Shown here: positions 17,096 to 26,417 of the stretch, piece by piece | Layout: each line of letters begins with the position of its first letter | Position numbering within the stretch: position 1 is the first letter of the stretch | Source of the DNA: Candidatus Poribacteria bacterium | Lineage (GTDB): Bacteria; Poribacteria; WGA-4E; WGA-3G | Length of the DNA: 64,000 nt | Direction: 5' to 3' | NCBI GenBank assembly: GCA_009841255.1 | Contig: VXMD01000038.1 | Location: forward strand, 6,177 to 70,176 | The notes under the pieces: generated by a model | What the model saw: only the letters and a program-made list of their open reading frames with translations | The model's database searches: none | Told to the model about the DNA's origin: nothing | Made by a program: the position numbers and the translations under genes

Positions 17096-19048
17096 ATGAA
17101 ATACATATTATATATCATAGTTTTTTTCACGCTTACTGTATCCCCACAAACGTTTGCTGAAACGCCAGACGGCACAATTCCTTTCGATTGCCCTGATATA
17201 CCAAACCCCAAGTTTCAATTCCACTTCACCCGTGAACTGATCGCGCTTGCTGTTACAACAGCACCCTTCAATACCGTGGACGATCTTTACATCCAAATTT
17301 ACGATGATGAAGCAGGTATTTATGATAAACTCGCGCAATACTACGGCGAGGAGGTGAAAGTAAAAAACTGGCACGGTGTCCAAGAAGATGATAGGGTCCG
17401 ACTCTATGTCCCGGACGGAACCGCTCTGCAAAATCCGCAGGCAGATGACACCTTCACGGGCATCTTTGCAGTCGTAAAAGGCGATGCGGCCATCTATCTG
17501 CTAAACATCGTTGGGAGTGTTCCAACGCAACAAACGGGTCGGCTCTTGGGGAGTCTCGGTGAACTCGGCATTGAGATCTCTGAATTGAAATCGCTTCCGG
17601 CGTTGGAGATTGATAAGCGATCTTTATCTTCACCGACAGGCTTCCGAATAGCCGATGGTTCCCCAATTCATGAAATTCAGATTAAAGGCAATCAGAAAAT
17701 TGATCGGACGGAGATTCTCGAAACGCTTGAAGCAGGTGACGAGGACATCGATAAAGCGGTGGAAGCACTACGAAAAAAAATGGGATACAGGTTAGAAGGC
17801 GTAGAAACATCAGTTAAACAGGAAAATGACAAGCATATTGCGGTCATTACTGTGAAGGAACGTCCTTCGCAGTCTGCCGGCTTTGGTGGTGGGGGACCTA
17901 TTATTAATTTTAACCGTGTCACAGGTTGGGAACTCGGTGCTGAACTCGAAAGTAGGCTTCCGGGTGCTCGTCTTCCAGACGGCACTTTGGCTTCAAAGCT
18001 TTTAGGATATATAGGCTACGGATTTGGAAACCGGCTGGTCAATTACGAGATTGGCGGAAAAACAATGCCTTTTTTGGCGTATACACACCGATCAGGAACA
18101 ACTACTTTTGGAGATAAATCTGACAAATGGTATCTTGGATTCGGAGTAGATGCCAAAGTCTACCGTGTCACGGACATCACAACACCGATTCTTGCTGTTG
18201 TTGATGACTATGGTTCCGCTTACTATGATTCCCCTTTTCGGCTACTGTATAGCCTTTTTGGTGGAACCGATCTTCATAATTATTATTCGAGAAGAGGATT
18301 TGAAATTGGCTTGCGATGGGAAAATTTACCACGACCCGTGCCTACTTCTATCCCAATGCACTTAGCGAAGTTGACGTTTCTTGTTGAAAACCACGAGAGT
18401 CTAAAAAAAAGCACAGATTGGCATTTCTTCAATTGGCATTCAACGTCAAAAGCGAGAGAGAATCCAGTAATAACACCCGGTCGCATGCGGAGCGTCATGT
18501 TTGAATACGATCTTAACACCCGCCGAGACTACTTGGGTTGGCATAATACTTTCTTTGTTGAGCATAGTAGATCCGCCTTCGGCTCGGATTTCGATTTTAC
18601 GCGCTATCAACTCCATCTCCGTTATGCACATCCACTCGGTAAACATCAGATACGGACCCGCGCGGTCGGCAGTTTTTCAACCGCCTCCCTACCGATCCAA
18701 CGCCAATTTACCATCGGGGGTCCAGGGGTATTGAACGGCTACCCGCTCTACGCTTTCGCGGGGGACCGTGGCTACCTCTTCAACATCGAATATTTCTACC
18801 CTTTCCCGGAACTACCCACCTGGAGAAACATGCAATTTGATTTTTTTACGCTCTTTCTGGTGTTTTTCCTTGATGCAGGTCAGGCATGGAACATAGATGA
18901 CGAAAGATCTACGTTTGTGCCGAAGACCGATGCCGGTATCGGTTTCCAGTTCGGTGAACGCGACTCCTTTCTACGCTTTAATGTTGCGCAGGCTTTTGAA
19001 GCAGAACAAGGTGTGCAATTCAACCTCCTCTGGTTTTATAGTTTTTAG
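17096..19048 (+). CDS. Omp85/BamA-TamA-family outer-membrane beta-barrel protein with POTRA-like module(s) and a distinctive ~180-aa N-terminal domain (paralog 1).
   Basis: Signal peptide MKYILYIIVFFTLTVSPQTFA. POTRA-like IHEIQIKGNQKIDRTEILETLEAGDEDIDKAVEALRKKMGY. C-terminal barrel motifs GGPGVLNGY..., FLDAGQAW, GIGFQFGERDSFLRFNVAQAF and the terminal ...WFYSF. Confidence 0.65.
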   Translation: MKYILYIIVFFTLTVSPQTFAETPDGTIPFDCPDIPNPKFQFHFTRELIALAVTTAPFNTVDDLYIQIYDDEAGIYDKLAQYYGEEVKVKNWHGVQEDDRVRLYVPDGTALQNPQADDTFTGIFAVVKGDAAIYLLNIVGSVPTQQTGRLLGSLGELGIEISELKSLPALEIDKRSLSSPTGFRIADGSPIHEIQIKGNQKIDRTEILETLEAGDEDIDKAVEALRKKMGYRLEGVETSVKQENDKHIAVITVKERPSQSAGFGGGGPIINFNRVTGWELGAELESRLPGARLPDGTLASKLLGYIGYGFGNRLVNYEIGGKTMPFLAYTHRSGTTTFGDKSDKWYLGFGVDAKVYRVTDITTPILAVVDDYGSAYYDSPFRLLYSLFGGTDLHNYYSRRGFEIGLRWENLPRPVPTSIPMHLAKLTFLVENHESLKKSTDWHFFNWHSTSKARENPVITPGRMRSVMFEYDLNTRRDYLGWHNTFFVEHSRSAFGSDFDFTRYQLHLRYAHPLGKHQIRTRAVGSFSTASLPIQRQFTIGGPGVLNGYPLYAFAGDRGYLFNIEYFYPFPELPTWRNMQFDFFTLFLVFFLDAGQAWNIDDERSTFVPKTDAGIGFQFGERDSFLRFNVAQAFEAEQGVQFNLLWFYSF

Positions 19049-19066
19049 AGACAATGAAATGCGCCG

Positions 19067-19087
19067 ACACGCACATCGTGTTTTTTC
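19067..19087 (+). terminator. Weak intrinsic terminator (ACACG-cacat-CGTGT plus T6) after Omp85 paralog 1.
   Basis: 5-bp stem with TTTTTT, 19 nt after the stop. Confidence 0.35.
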
Positions 19088-19154
19088 CTATCTGTTTGGT
19101 TTCAGGTTGTATCAACATTAGTAATATCGTCCCCTTTCGAGAGATGGAAAAAAA

Positions 19155-19184
19155 TGCAACCTTTGGGTCCCTAAGTGTCGTCAC
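19155..19184 (+). promoter_or_regulatory. ECF-sigma-type promoter motif TGCAAC-N18-CGTCAC (copy D) upstream of the PA14 membrane protein gene.
   Basis: GAAAAAAATGCAACCTTTGGGTCCCTAAGTGTCGTCACCTTATT. A second, decayed copy (TGCAAC at 19258-19263, -10 position TAGTAA) follows 100 nt downstream. Confidence 0.5.
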
Positions 19185-19373
19185 CTTATTCATAGGATGT
19201 TAAATTTTTTAGCGAAGTCGTGATAAACATGTTTATAATCTGAGAGAATGAAAAAACTGCAACTTTTTGGGAACTCGTTTGTAGTAATGTAAGGGATATA
19301 CTTGTTGGAGGTATCTCCGAATCCCGACCTCTTTTGTAGATACACCTGTCTCACACGCATGAGGAACACCAAA

Positions 19374-20546
19374 ATGCGAGGACGCACAAACCGAGCCTTA
19401 TTGCTATCCTTTGCGCTCCATATCGTGGGAATGTTGGCGATTTCGCCGTTTCTTATCACCCATTTCCATGTAGAGAAAGAGAGCATATCCGCTGAGATAT
19501 TGGAACCAGAATCCGAGCAGCGCGTGAGACAGCGGATTTTGCCGCCACGCACACCTGTGATCCCACAAGTAAGTGAGCCAGAGGCATCCCCCTCCTCCCC
19601 CGCTTCGCCGACGTATGCACGAGAGGTGACCGTTCCCAAGGCACCCCTTCACGCCGATGTAATTCCGGATGTGGTTACGCACGCCGATCTCCCCCAATCA
19701 GATGCTCCGAGTCCTGTATCCAATGCCAGTTTGGGAGAGGATGGCGAACTGTCGGGGCCCATTGTCGCTGAAGGACAGCGGGGAACCGGGGTTGGTGGAC
19801 TTGGACACCGTGGACGTGGGACCGGCGGGTATGGGACCGGAAGACACTTTGCCAAGGGGAGAGGTGTATCGGATGTGGAACTCGCAACGCTTGAGGGCAT
19901 AGGCACAGGACTCGGTATCTTCGACACAAATGTGATGTCCGGACACGGATTAATCGCTGAAGTTTACGTCCCAGGGGGTCGGATCCATCGAATGCCGGAT
20001 TTCGATCTTTTAACCCCTGTCTATACCTTTGTTACAGCAAACTTAGACATCTCTGAACGAGACTATACCGAGGGATTTCCGACACCAGAAATGCAGCATG
20101 TTGTTGAGGACTTTGCAATCCGATTCCGAGGAGAGTTAGCAATTGAGACCCCCGGGTTGTACCAGTTTGGGCTTTATTCAGATGACGGGGCAAAACTCTA
20201 TATTGATGGGACGCTTGTCGTGGACAACGATGGAATTCACGCGGGGAGAGGAAAACGGGGCAGTATAACGCTCTCAACAGGTGTATATCCCGTTGAGATT
20301 CAATACTTCCAAGGACCCCGATACTCTATCGCGCTACAGTGGTATTATGCCCCCCCGAATGAACCCTATTCTGAGACAAGGCGCTCCATTTCAATAACAA
20401 TCCCCACATGGGAATTGAGATCGGAGGAATATATACTCGGTAGGATTGTGCCACCCGAAGTTATCTATCGGCCCCACAAACCCCGCATTCCAGACGCATT
20501 GAGAAAACTACAACAGCGCCTGAAGAACATTGACAACGCACACTGA
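19374..20546 (+). CDS. Membrane-anchored, TonB-like protein (N-terminal TM, Pro-rich linker) with a C-terminal PA14 domain.
   Basis: ATG at 19374 with GAGGA RBS. TM LLLSFALHIVGMLAISPFLI. Pro-rich ILPPRTPVIPQVSEPEASPSSPASP. PA14 signature GLYQFGLYSDDGAKLYIDGTLVVDNDGIHAGRGKRGSITLSTGVYPVEIQYFQG. Confidence 0.7.
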   Translation: MRGRTNRALLLSFALHIVGMLAISPFLITHFHVEKESISAEILEPESEQRVRQRILPPRTPVIPQVSEPEASPSSPASPTYAREVTVPKAPLHADVIPDVVTHADLPQSDAPSPVSNASLGEDGELSGPIVAEGQRGTGVGGLGHRGRGTGGYGTGRHFAKGRGVSDVELATLEGIGTGLGIFDTNVMSGHGLIAEVYVPGGRIHRMPDFDLLTPVYTFVTANLDISERDYTEGFPTPEMQHVVEDFAIRFRGELAIETPGLYQFGLYSDDGAKLYIDGTLVVDNDGIHAGRGKRGSITLSTGVYPVEIQYFQGPRYSIALQWYYAPPNEPYSETRRSISITIPTWELRSEEYILGRIVPPEVIYRPHKPRIPDALRKLQQRLKNIDNAH

Positions 20547-20647
20547 AGGGATCTAACGCGAAAACCAAGCCCATAACGTAGTGGTAGGGTTTTTGATTGG
20601 GTGTTTCTGTGGATTGCTTCAACTCTTGAATGTGTACGGGACCTGTA

Positions 20648-20667
20648 GCCTGCAACACTGCGCAGGC
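20648..20667 (+). promoter_or_regulatory. Conserved hairpin GCCTGC-N8-GCAGGC (copy 1 of 3), 67 nt upstream of Omp85 paralog 2.
   Basis: GACCTGTAGCCTGCAACACTGCGCAGGCGGATATAA. Related copies lie at 59989-60008 and 62704-62723. Confidence 0.4.
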
Positions 20668-20733
20668 GGATATAAGGAATACGCGTCAAAGTTTCAAACT
20701 CACGTTGTTTCTCCGTAAGGTAAAATTTAAAAA

Positions 20734-23172
20734 ATGAAGTATACGATTACAAAAGCATTGATGGCACTTCTGCTTCTCATTAGCCCTGCAGTGCAATCAC
20801 AGTCGAATAACGGTACTGTCGCCTTTGATTGTCCAAATCTGCCATCCTCTGAATTCCAGTTTGACTTGGACAGGCGCGTCATTGCACTCGTAATGGAGGA
20901 GCCGACTTCTAATATTGCTCCCCTGTTTAACAACATAGATAATTTACATCTCCGCAACTATCGAAGTCGATCTGTCGATCTTAAGGAAGTTGTTCAATAT
21001 TACGGAGAGACCCTAAAAGCGCGCAGCTGGAACATATTGGGACACCCTTTGCAAGGCGATGTCGAAGACGACAATTTGCATCTCTACACCTTTCAAGTAA
21101 ATGAGACCCTTCAAGGGATCTTTGTTATTGTTAAAAGCGGTGGTGATGTATATCTGATAAATATCGTTGGCGAAATCCCCAAAAAGCAGCTCGGTGGATT
21201 GTTGCTCAATCTTCACCAACTCGGTATTGAGATTCCTGAACTCATGTCGCTGAAACCTCGCGATCTGGAAATCGCGCCCCCTCCACCGCTCCCAACGCCT
21301 AAAGTTGTCGAGCCAACGCCAGCACCTGTGGAAAAAGAAACACACAAGCAAAAACGCACCCATACTGCTGAAGAGGTATCCCCATCGTTACAAGAAACCC
21401 AAGAGCCGGCAACGTCATGGAATTGGACGTTTGATGGCGAGCAAATTCACGACATTCAAATCCAAGGTGTCAACGGGATTGAAAGTGCCAATATTGTGAA
21501 AATCCTTGAAAATGGGTCTGGTGATGTCACTGAGGTCATGCCTATCCTTACACGCGTGCTCCTCAATAGCTCGAAAAAAGCATCTTTACGTGTCGATGAA
21601 GCTGATGCTAAACGCGTTGCAATAATTAATGTGGAAGATATCCCCGTTACCCGAACAATATCTGTTCTGAGATCTTTAAATATTTCTGGCTCTCGCGGTG
21701 ACAAAGTCCACAAATCATCTTTTGATAAGTTGATTTTGCAAAAATTAGCAGAGGCGCAAATTCTGACGGACGGCACCCGCTTTCGAGCCGGGAATGCACC
21801 CATCCATGAAATACGCATCCAAGGAAATCAGAAGATATCCGAAGCACAGATTCAACAGGCACTTGAAAACGGTTCCGAGGATCTTGAACAAGCCCTCAAA
21901 ACACTCTATAAAGCGATGCCCTACTTTGAAGAGGTAAACCTAAAAGTCGATGAGGAAAATTCTAAATACATCGCCACAATTACTGTTGATGAGAAACCGC
22001 TTTCTAACACTTATCTCGGTCTTAATCCGCCGATACGCTTCGGATTTAATCGAGTAACCGGCTGGGAAATCGGTACCGGTTTTGAAGTGGGCAAACGAAA
22101 AGATTTGGGACCGCTTTGGGCATGGCGCGTCAGCAATTCAAGGAGTGAGCAAACTTCAAATTTCTTTGGAAAGGCAAGTTATGCATTCGGCAATCCGCAT
22201 GTCCATTATCGCATGGGCGGCACTGCGAATTGGGGAAAACCGTATATCTGGAATCTCGGGCTCACAGCGCAAATTCATCGCTTAACAGATGCAGTTGCCC
22301 CTGAAATGTTTCCAAACTACAACAATAACGCATCTATTTCTCAACGCGTCATTGGTATAGCAGACCTTCAAAATTACTATCTGCGACAAGGTGCGGAGAT
22401 CGCGTTGCGATGGGCACCGGTGCTGCCGACCCACGCGTTCAAATTGGCGATGGTTACAGAATCCCACGCGAGTCTACAGAAAAGCACGGATTGGTTTGTC
22501 GCCAATTGGAAATCGAACCTCCAGGTGAGGGACAACCCTCCCATAAGTCCCGGTCGAATGCGAAGTCTCACCCTCCAATACGACTTTAAGGATCAAGCAA
22601 GTCTCTTGGGATGGCATAATACCCTTCTCATTGAACATAGCAACGCCGCTGTCGGCTCCGATTTCGATTTCACACGCTTGCTGTTGCATCTTCGGTACGC
22701 TTTCCGACTCCAGAATAACCGAATCCGAACTCGATTTCTATTTGGGTTTTCCGACTCGACTTTACCAATTCAACGCCAATTTGTCATTGATGGGATGGGG
22801 GGACTCAGAGGGTATTCTTGGAGAAAACCGGCAAGTGAATCTGAAGGTCCAATAACTTACAAGAGTGGACACAGGTCTTCTCCATACACGTTTGCGGGAG
22901 ACCGCGGATTCCTCCTCAACATCGAATACCATCATCGTTTATCGAATCTACTCAGTTGGCGTATTTTCAGAAATGCCTTTGCTATTGTGTTTTTTGATGA
23001 GGGGCAAGTCTGGAACGTATCGGGTCCAAAGTATATCTTCGATCCGAAAGGGAATATCGGCCTCGGTTTACAATTTGGAGCAGGCGAGGATGTTTTCCGA
23101 GTCAACATTGCAAAAGCCTTTGAATCCAGCAGAGGTATCCACGTTACGACAGTCTGGTCCCAGCGTTTTTAG
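20734..23172 (+). CDS. Omp85/BamA-TamA-family outer-membrane beta-barrel protein (paralog 2) with a Pro-rich insertion and two POTRA-like modules.
   Basis: Signal peptide. N-terminal domain homologous to the 17096 protein (VAFDCPNLPSSEFQF / IPFDCPDIPNPKFQF; YLINIVGEIPKKQLGGLL / YLLNIVGSVPTQQTGRLL). C-terminal barrel ...FDEGQVWN...GIGLGLQFGAGEDVFRVNIAKAF...VWSQRF. Confidence 0.65.
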   Translation: MKYTITKALMALLLLISPAVQSQSNNGTVAFDCPNLPSSEFQFDLDRRVIALVMEEPTSNIAPLFNNIDNLHLRNYRSRSVDLKEVVQYYGETLKARSWNILGHPLQGDVEDDNLHLYTFQVNETLQGIFVIVKSGGDVYLINIVGEIPKKQLGGLLLNLHQLGIEIPELMSLKPRDLEIAPPPPLPTPKVVEPTPAPVEKETHKQKRTHTAEEVSPSLQETQEPATSWNWTFDGEQIHDIQIQGVNGIESANIVKILENGSGDVTEVMPILTRVLLNSSKKASLRVDEADAKRVAIINVEDIPVTRTISVLRSLNISGSRGDKVHKSSFDKLILQKLAEAQILTDGTRFRAGNAPIHEIRIQGNQKISEAQIQQALENGSEDLEQALKTLYKAMPYFEEVNLKVDEENSKYIATITVDEKPLSNTYLGLNPPIRFGFNRVTGWEIGTGFEVGKRKDLGPLWAWRVSNSRSEQTSNFFGKASYAFGNPHVHYRMGGTANWGKPYIWNLGLTAQIHRLTDAVAPEMFPNYNNNASISQRVIGIADLQNYYLRQGAEIALRWAPVLPTHAFKLAMVTESHASLQKSTDWFVANWKSNLQVRDNPPISPGRMRSLTLQYDFKDQASLLGWHNTLLIEHSNAAVGSDFDFTRLLLHLRYAFRLQNNRIRTRFLFGFSDSTLPIQRQFVIDGMGGLRGYSWRKPASESEGPITYKSGHRSSPYTFAGDRGFLLNIEYHHRLSNLLSWRIFRNAFAIVFFDEGQVWNVSGPKYIFDPKGNIGLGLQFGAGEDVFRVNIAKAFESSRGIHVTTVWSQRF

Positions 23173-23339
23173 TCAGTAAGCGTCAGGAATCGGAATTCCC
23201 TCCTACAAGAAAACTGAATCGTCCTGCCCAAATCTGGTTTAGAAGTGGATTAAATTCGTTCTATATGTTACACTCTTGTTCAGGGATTTAGGAACGAAAT
23301 TCATGTCCAAGCATTGAACCTACCTTCAAGCCAGAAAAA

Positions 23340-24068
23340 ATGCGAACCATCCAGTTGTTAGCCATTTTCATCGTGATGTCCTCGTCCGTTATCCTGTCGA
23401 ATTCAGCGGGTGATTCGGACAGATTCACCTTCGTCCGTCTAAAGTATGGCGGTCAACTCACGCGACGCAGTAGTTGGCGCGTCGATTGGCCCGCGTCTGA
23501 TCGGAATTTTATCTGGCAGCTCCGTAAACAGACGAATATTGATGCTGATCCCCGTGAAAAGATTATTGACGTTGGTGCGACGGAGTTGTTTGAATATCCG
23601 TTTGCATACATATTGGAGGTCGGGAGTTTGCGGTTAAGCCGAAGAGAAGCGAAGAACCTCCGTGAATATCTCCTACGCGGTGGCTTTATCTTCGTTGACG
23701 ATTTCCACGGCGAACGCGAATGGAAATGGTTCTATGCCGAGTTCAAGAAGATTTTTCCAGAACGAGATCCGGTGGACATCCCTATATCGCATCCGATCTT
23801 CCGATGCTTCTTCAAGATCGAGGAACTCGTCCAGATTCCTGGGCTCCGCTCACTTTTTAGTGGACGAACGTATGAGAGATATGACGGTTACCCCGCATAC
23901 TGCCGCGGGGTTTATGACGACAACGGACGGCTGATGATGATGATTAACTTCAATACTGACCTTGGGGACGCATGGGAACATGCCGCAGAGGAGTTCTACC
24001 CGCGCGAGTATTCAAATGTCGCATTGCAGATGGGTATCAATGCGGTTATCTATGCGCTCACGCATTAA
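23340..24068 (+). CDS. Hypothetical secreted protein, possibly DUF4159-like (class I glutamine-amidotransferase-like fold).
   Basis: Signal peptide MRTIQLLAIFIVMSSSVILSNSAG. Motif LLRGGFIFVDDFHGEREW. The family assignment is from memory only. Confidence 0.45.
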   Translation: MRTIQLLAIFIVMSSSVILSNSAGDSDRFTFVRLKYGGQLTRRSSWRVDWPASDRNFIWQLRKQTNIDADPREKIIDVGATELFEYPFAYILEVGSLRLSRREAKNLREYLLRGGFIFVDDFHGEREWKWFYAEFKKIFPERDPVDIPISHPIFRCFFKIEELVQIPGLRSLFSGRTYERYDGYPAYCRGVYDDNGRLMMMINFNTDLGDAWEHAAEEFYPREYSNVALQMGINAVIYALTH

Positions 24069-24221
24069 GGCTTCACGATCACGGAACATTGATGTTTGAT
24101 AAAGATCTTTTGGATATGTTATACTTAACGCATCATCAAAATCTTCTGCGTGGAAACCTTGCCCCTTAGGGTGGGGGACGTGACAAACTTTGGAAGGGTA
24201 GCACGCTTTAGTACCCGCAAA

Positions 24222-25010
24222 ATGGAGAAAGCATATATGCTCAGTCGTAAAGAGAAGTTAGAATTTTACGAAAACGGCTATATTTCTATCCCCGGTGTTG
24301 TACCACGGCTCATGATAGATGCTGCGCGGCAGGCGATTAATCACTCCATCGGTGCTGTCGGTATGAACGAAGGAGACTTAGAGCGCTATCGAGCGCAATC
24401 TTACTGCAGTGAACTTCGTGAAGCCCCTGAGATCGTCGATCTCTTCAGTAAAACACCGATCCTCAAGCTTTCAGAATCGTTGATGGGTGAAGGGAACGTT
24501 CAAACGCCAACTTCAGGACAGATAGCCCTGCGTTTCCCGGGTCCGTTGCACGTGGATCCAAACGAACCGCACGGACACCTTGACGGGCTGGGGAGTGGTG
24601 CAAATGGCATGGCAAAAGGGGTGTATCGGCGTGGATTTACCGCACTCGCTGTGATTTATCTCGCCGATGTTCCGGAACCGTATAGCGGGAACTTCACCGT
24701 TTGGCCGAAATCACACAGTTTCTTCGCCGACTATTTCAAAAGGGAAGGGCACGAAATATTGGCGAACGGGATGCCGAACCCGGAACTCCCGGACGGACCA
24801 ACGCAGATAGTCGGGAAAGCGGGCGATGTAGTCCTAACCCATCACCAGCTCGTTCACACGGCGGCACCAAACGCAGCGGCGGATATCCGCTATGCTGTCA
24901 TTTTCCGGCTGCGGCATGTCGATTGTGAGCAAAACGGATATGATGCCTACACCGACATTTGGAACGAATGGCCCGGTATTCGAGAAGCGATCATCGCGGC
25001 TGATGCTTAA
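24222..25010 (+). CDS. PhyH-family (phytanoyl-CoA dioxygenase-like) Fe(II)/2-oxoglutarate-dependent oxygenase, paralog 1 of 4.
   Basis: Motifs FTVWPKSHSF and HHQLVHTAAPNAAADIRYAVIFRL (H..xH...N.....R). The start could be ATG 24222 or 24237. Confidence 0.6.
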   Translation: MEKAYMLSRKEKLEFYENGYISIPGVVPRLMIDAARQAINHSIGAVGMNEGDLERYRAQSYCSELREAPEIVDLFSKTPILKLSESLMGEGNVQTPTSGQIALRFPGPLHVDPNEPHGHLDGLGSGANGMAKGVYRRGFTALAVIYLADVPEPYSGNFTVWPKSHSFFADYFKREGHEILANGMPNPELPDGPTQIVGKAGDVVLTHHQLVHTAAPNAAADIRYAVIFRLRHVDCEQNGYDAYTDIWNEWPGIREAIIAADA

Positions 25011-25035
25011 ACCACCGTTCAGGAAGCATAAAAAA

Positions 25036-25063
25036 AACGGGCGACACTGTGATGCCGCCCGTT
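25036..25063. terminator. Bidirectional intrinsic terminator (AACGGGCG-loop-CGCCCGTT flanked by A8 and T-rich runs). It serves convergent genes 24222..25010 (+) and 25076..25894 (-).
   Basis: 8-bp stem. A-run upstream (a T-run on the minus strand) and a T-rich tail downstream. Confidence 0.6.
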
Positions 25064-25075
25064 AACTTTCTATTT

Positions 25076-25894
25076 CTACTGGAGGTCTTTAATGTATCCC
25101 CAAGTGGTACTCAACTTGCCCTTGGGGTCAACGTCGAAGGGGTCGCCGGGCCCACTAGCAAGATGTTTAATTTCCTTTTCAGAGAGGGCGCGGTGGAATA
25201 ACATAAACTCATCCATAAGTCCATTGAATGCCCATGTAGGTCCTACAGCTGCGTCAAACGCAGCGGCTTCTGAACCAATTCCAAGAAATCCAAATCGTGC
25301 CGCTCCAGCCCCAATAACTTTCGTCGGGGCACCCACCTTTTCATCTAACTTTCCATCAACGTAGATGCGTTTCTCTTTTCCATCAAACGTTGCTACCAGA
25401 TGGTGCCACTTGTCATCCGCAACATCCGTTTTACCGAACCAATCGTGGACAGGACAACAATTGTCAAAAGCGACAAAAGTGGTTGCGGCGTTTCCGCCCA
25501 CGTCATCACCGACAGCAAAACGGAAGAATTCACTTCGATCCCACGAAGCAATCATCCCCCTCACTCCGGTTTTCGTCCAAGCGGCGAGGGTAATCTCTTC
25601 AATCGGGTCCTCATACATGTGTTCCCGCACTGAAATATATTGGGTCGAGTTGCCTGGAAATTCCATACACTCTCCTACTTTGCCTTTCACAATTTTTAAA
25701 TCTTTACCGTGTAGGAAACCATCATTTCCATTACCAGAAACATCTAAGACATCATCCTTCTTAAGAGTATCTTTGTTAAAACTGTAGTAGATGATGAGTT
25801 CTTCTTGACTGACACTCTGCGCGTGGCTTCCCATCACTATCCCTGCCAGCATCAAACCCACCACCATTAATCTGAATATAAGAGCAAGATTCAT
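25076..25894 (-). CDS. Secreted LamG/concanavalin-A-like lectin-fold protein.
   Basis: Start ATG at 25894 with AAGGAG RBS. Signal peptide MNLALIFRLMVVGLMLAGIVMGSHA. Jelly-roll motifs GNDGFLHG, ISVREH...ITLAAWTK...WHHLVATFDGKEKRIYVDGKL. Confidence 0.6.
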   Translation of the reverse strand: MNLALIFRLMVVGLMLAGIVMGSHAQSVSQEELIIYYSFNKDTLKKDDVLDVSGNGNDGFLHGKDLKIVKGKVGECMEFPGNSTQYISVREHMYEDPIEEITLAAWTKTGVRGMIASWDRSEFFRFAVGDDVGGNAATTFVAFDNCCPVHDWFGKTDVADDKWHHLVATFDGKEKRIYVDGKLDEKVGAPTKVIGAGAARFGFLGIGSEAAAFDAAVGPTWAFNGLMDEFMLFHRALSEKEIKHLASGPGDPFDVDPKGKLSTTWGYIKDLQ

Positions 25895-25977
25895 TGAGGA
25901 TCTCCTTCTACAGCAATAAACACGCACCATCGGCGTGTTTTTTACCCTTCCTTGTATTAAAAAACAAGAGGTTACTA

Positions 25978-26397
25978 TTAGGGTGCAACTCGCAATTCCA
26001 TTATACATAGATCCTTTTGACCTGTCGTTGGCAGAGGTTTTGTTTCTACAAAGTCCGTGAGTATGTAGAGCCAATAGTCACCGCACGGATCACGCTTGAT
26101 CGTGATACGACTGATATTTCCGTAAAACTCACGGTGTTTATGAAAAGTATAAGCGACTTTATCATATCGCCATTTTCCATTATCCCATTTCCGAAAGGTA
26201 AGGGTAATGCGATTGTCCTTCAAAGACCAGCCCGTTTGTTTCAGCGTGAAGGATTTAAACTTATGCCGTTTTTTGATTTTCGGCCTACCACCGAGTTTCT
26301 TGAAAAAACGATCATATGCCAAGTGAATCCGTTTCAGTTCTTCTTGGATCGCTTGACTCGGCAACGCTTTCCAATGTGGGTGCGTGGTGCGTTTCAA
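25978..26397 (-). mobile_element. tnpB: Decayed IS200/IS605-family TnpB (OrfB) fragment. It corresponds roughly to TnpB residues ~80-200 (WED/RuvC-I region). Both N- and C-terminal parts are missing.
   Basis: ALPSQAIQEELKRIHLAYDRFFKKLGGRPKIKKRHKFKSFTLKQTGWSLKDNRITLTFRKWDNGKWRY...ISRITIKRDPCGDYWLYILTDFVE matches the characteristic TnpB pattern (FPKFKKK, K..GW.v...i.LPK.G.v......i.G.I.svti.r...G.YY.sI..E). 139 aa against ~400 aa for intact TnpB. No tnpA nearby. Confidence 0.6.
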
Positions 26398-26417
26398 ATA
26401 ATAATCTTTCCTGCGAT

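Noticed and set aside
19400-19950. Dense stack of overlapping 60-100-aa ORFs in all six frames
   Set aside because: This is a GC- and Pro/Gly-rich low-complexity linker region of the PA14 membrane protein gene (19374..20546). Stop codons are rare in every frame, so the ORFs are artefacts.
25895-26074. N-terminal extension of the LamG ORF (ORF track 25076..26074) overlapping the TnpB fragment
   Set aside because: The internal ATG at 25894 has an AAGGAG RBS and starts a signal peptide. The extension is Cys/Arg-rich junk overlapping the TnpB remnant.
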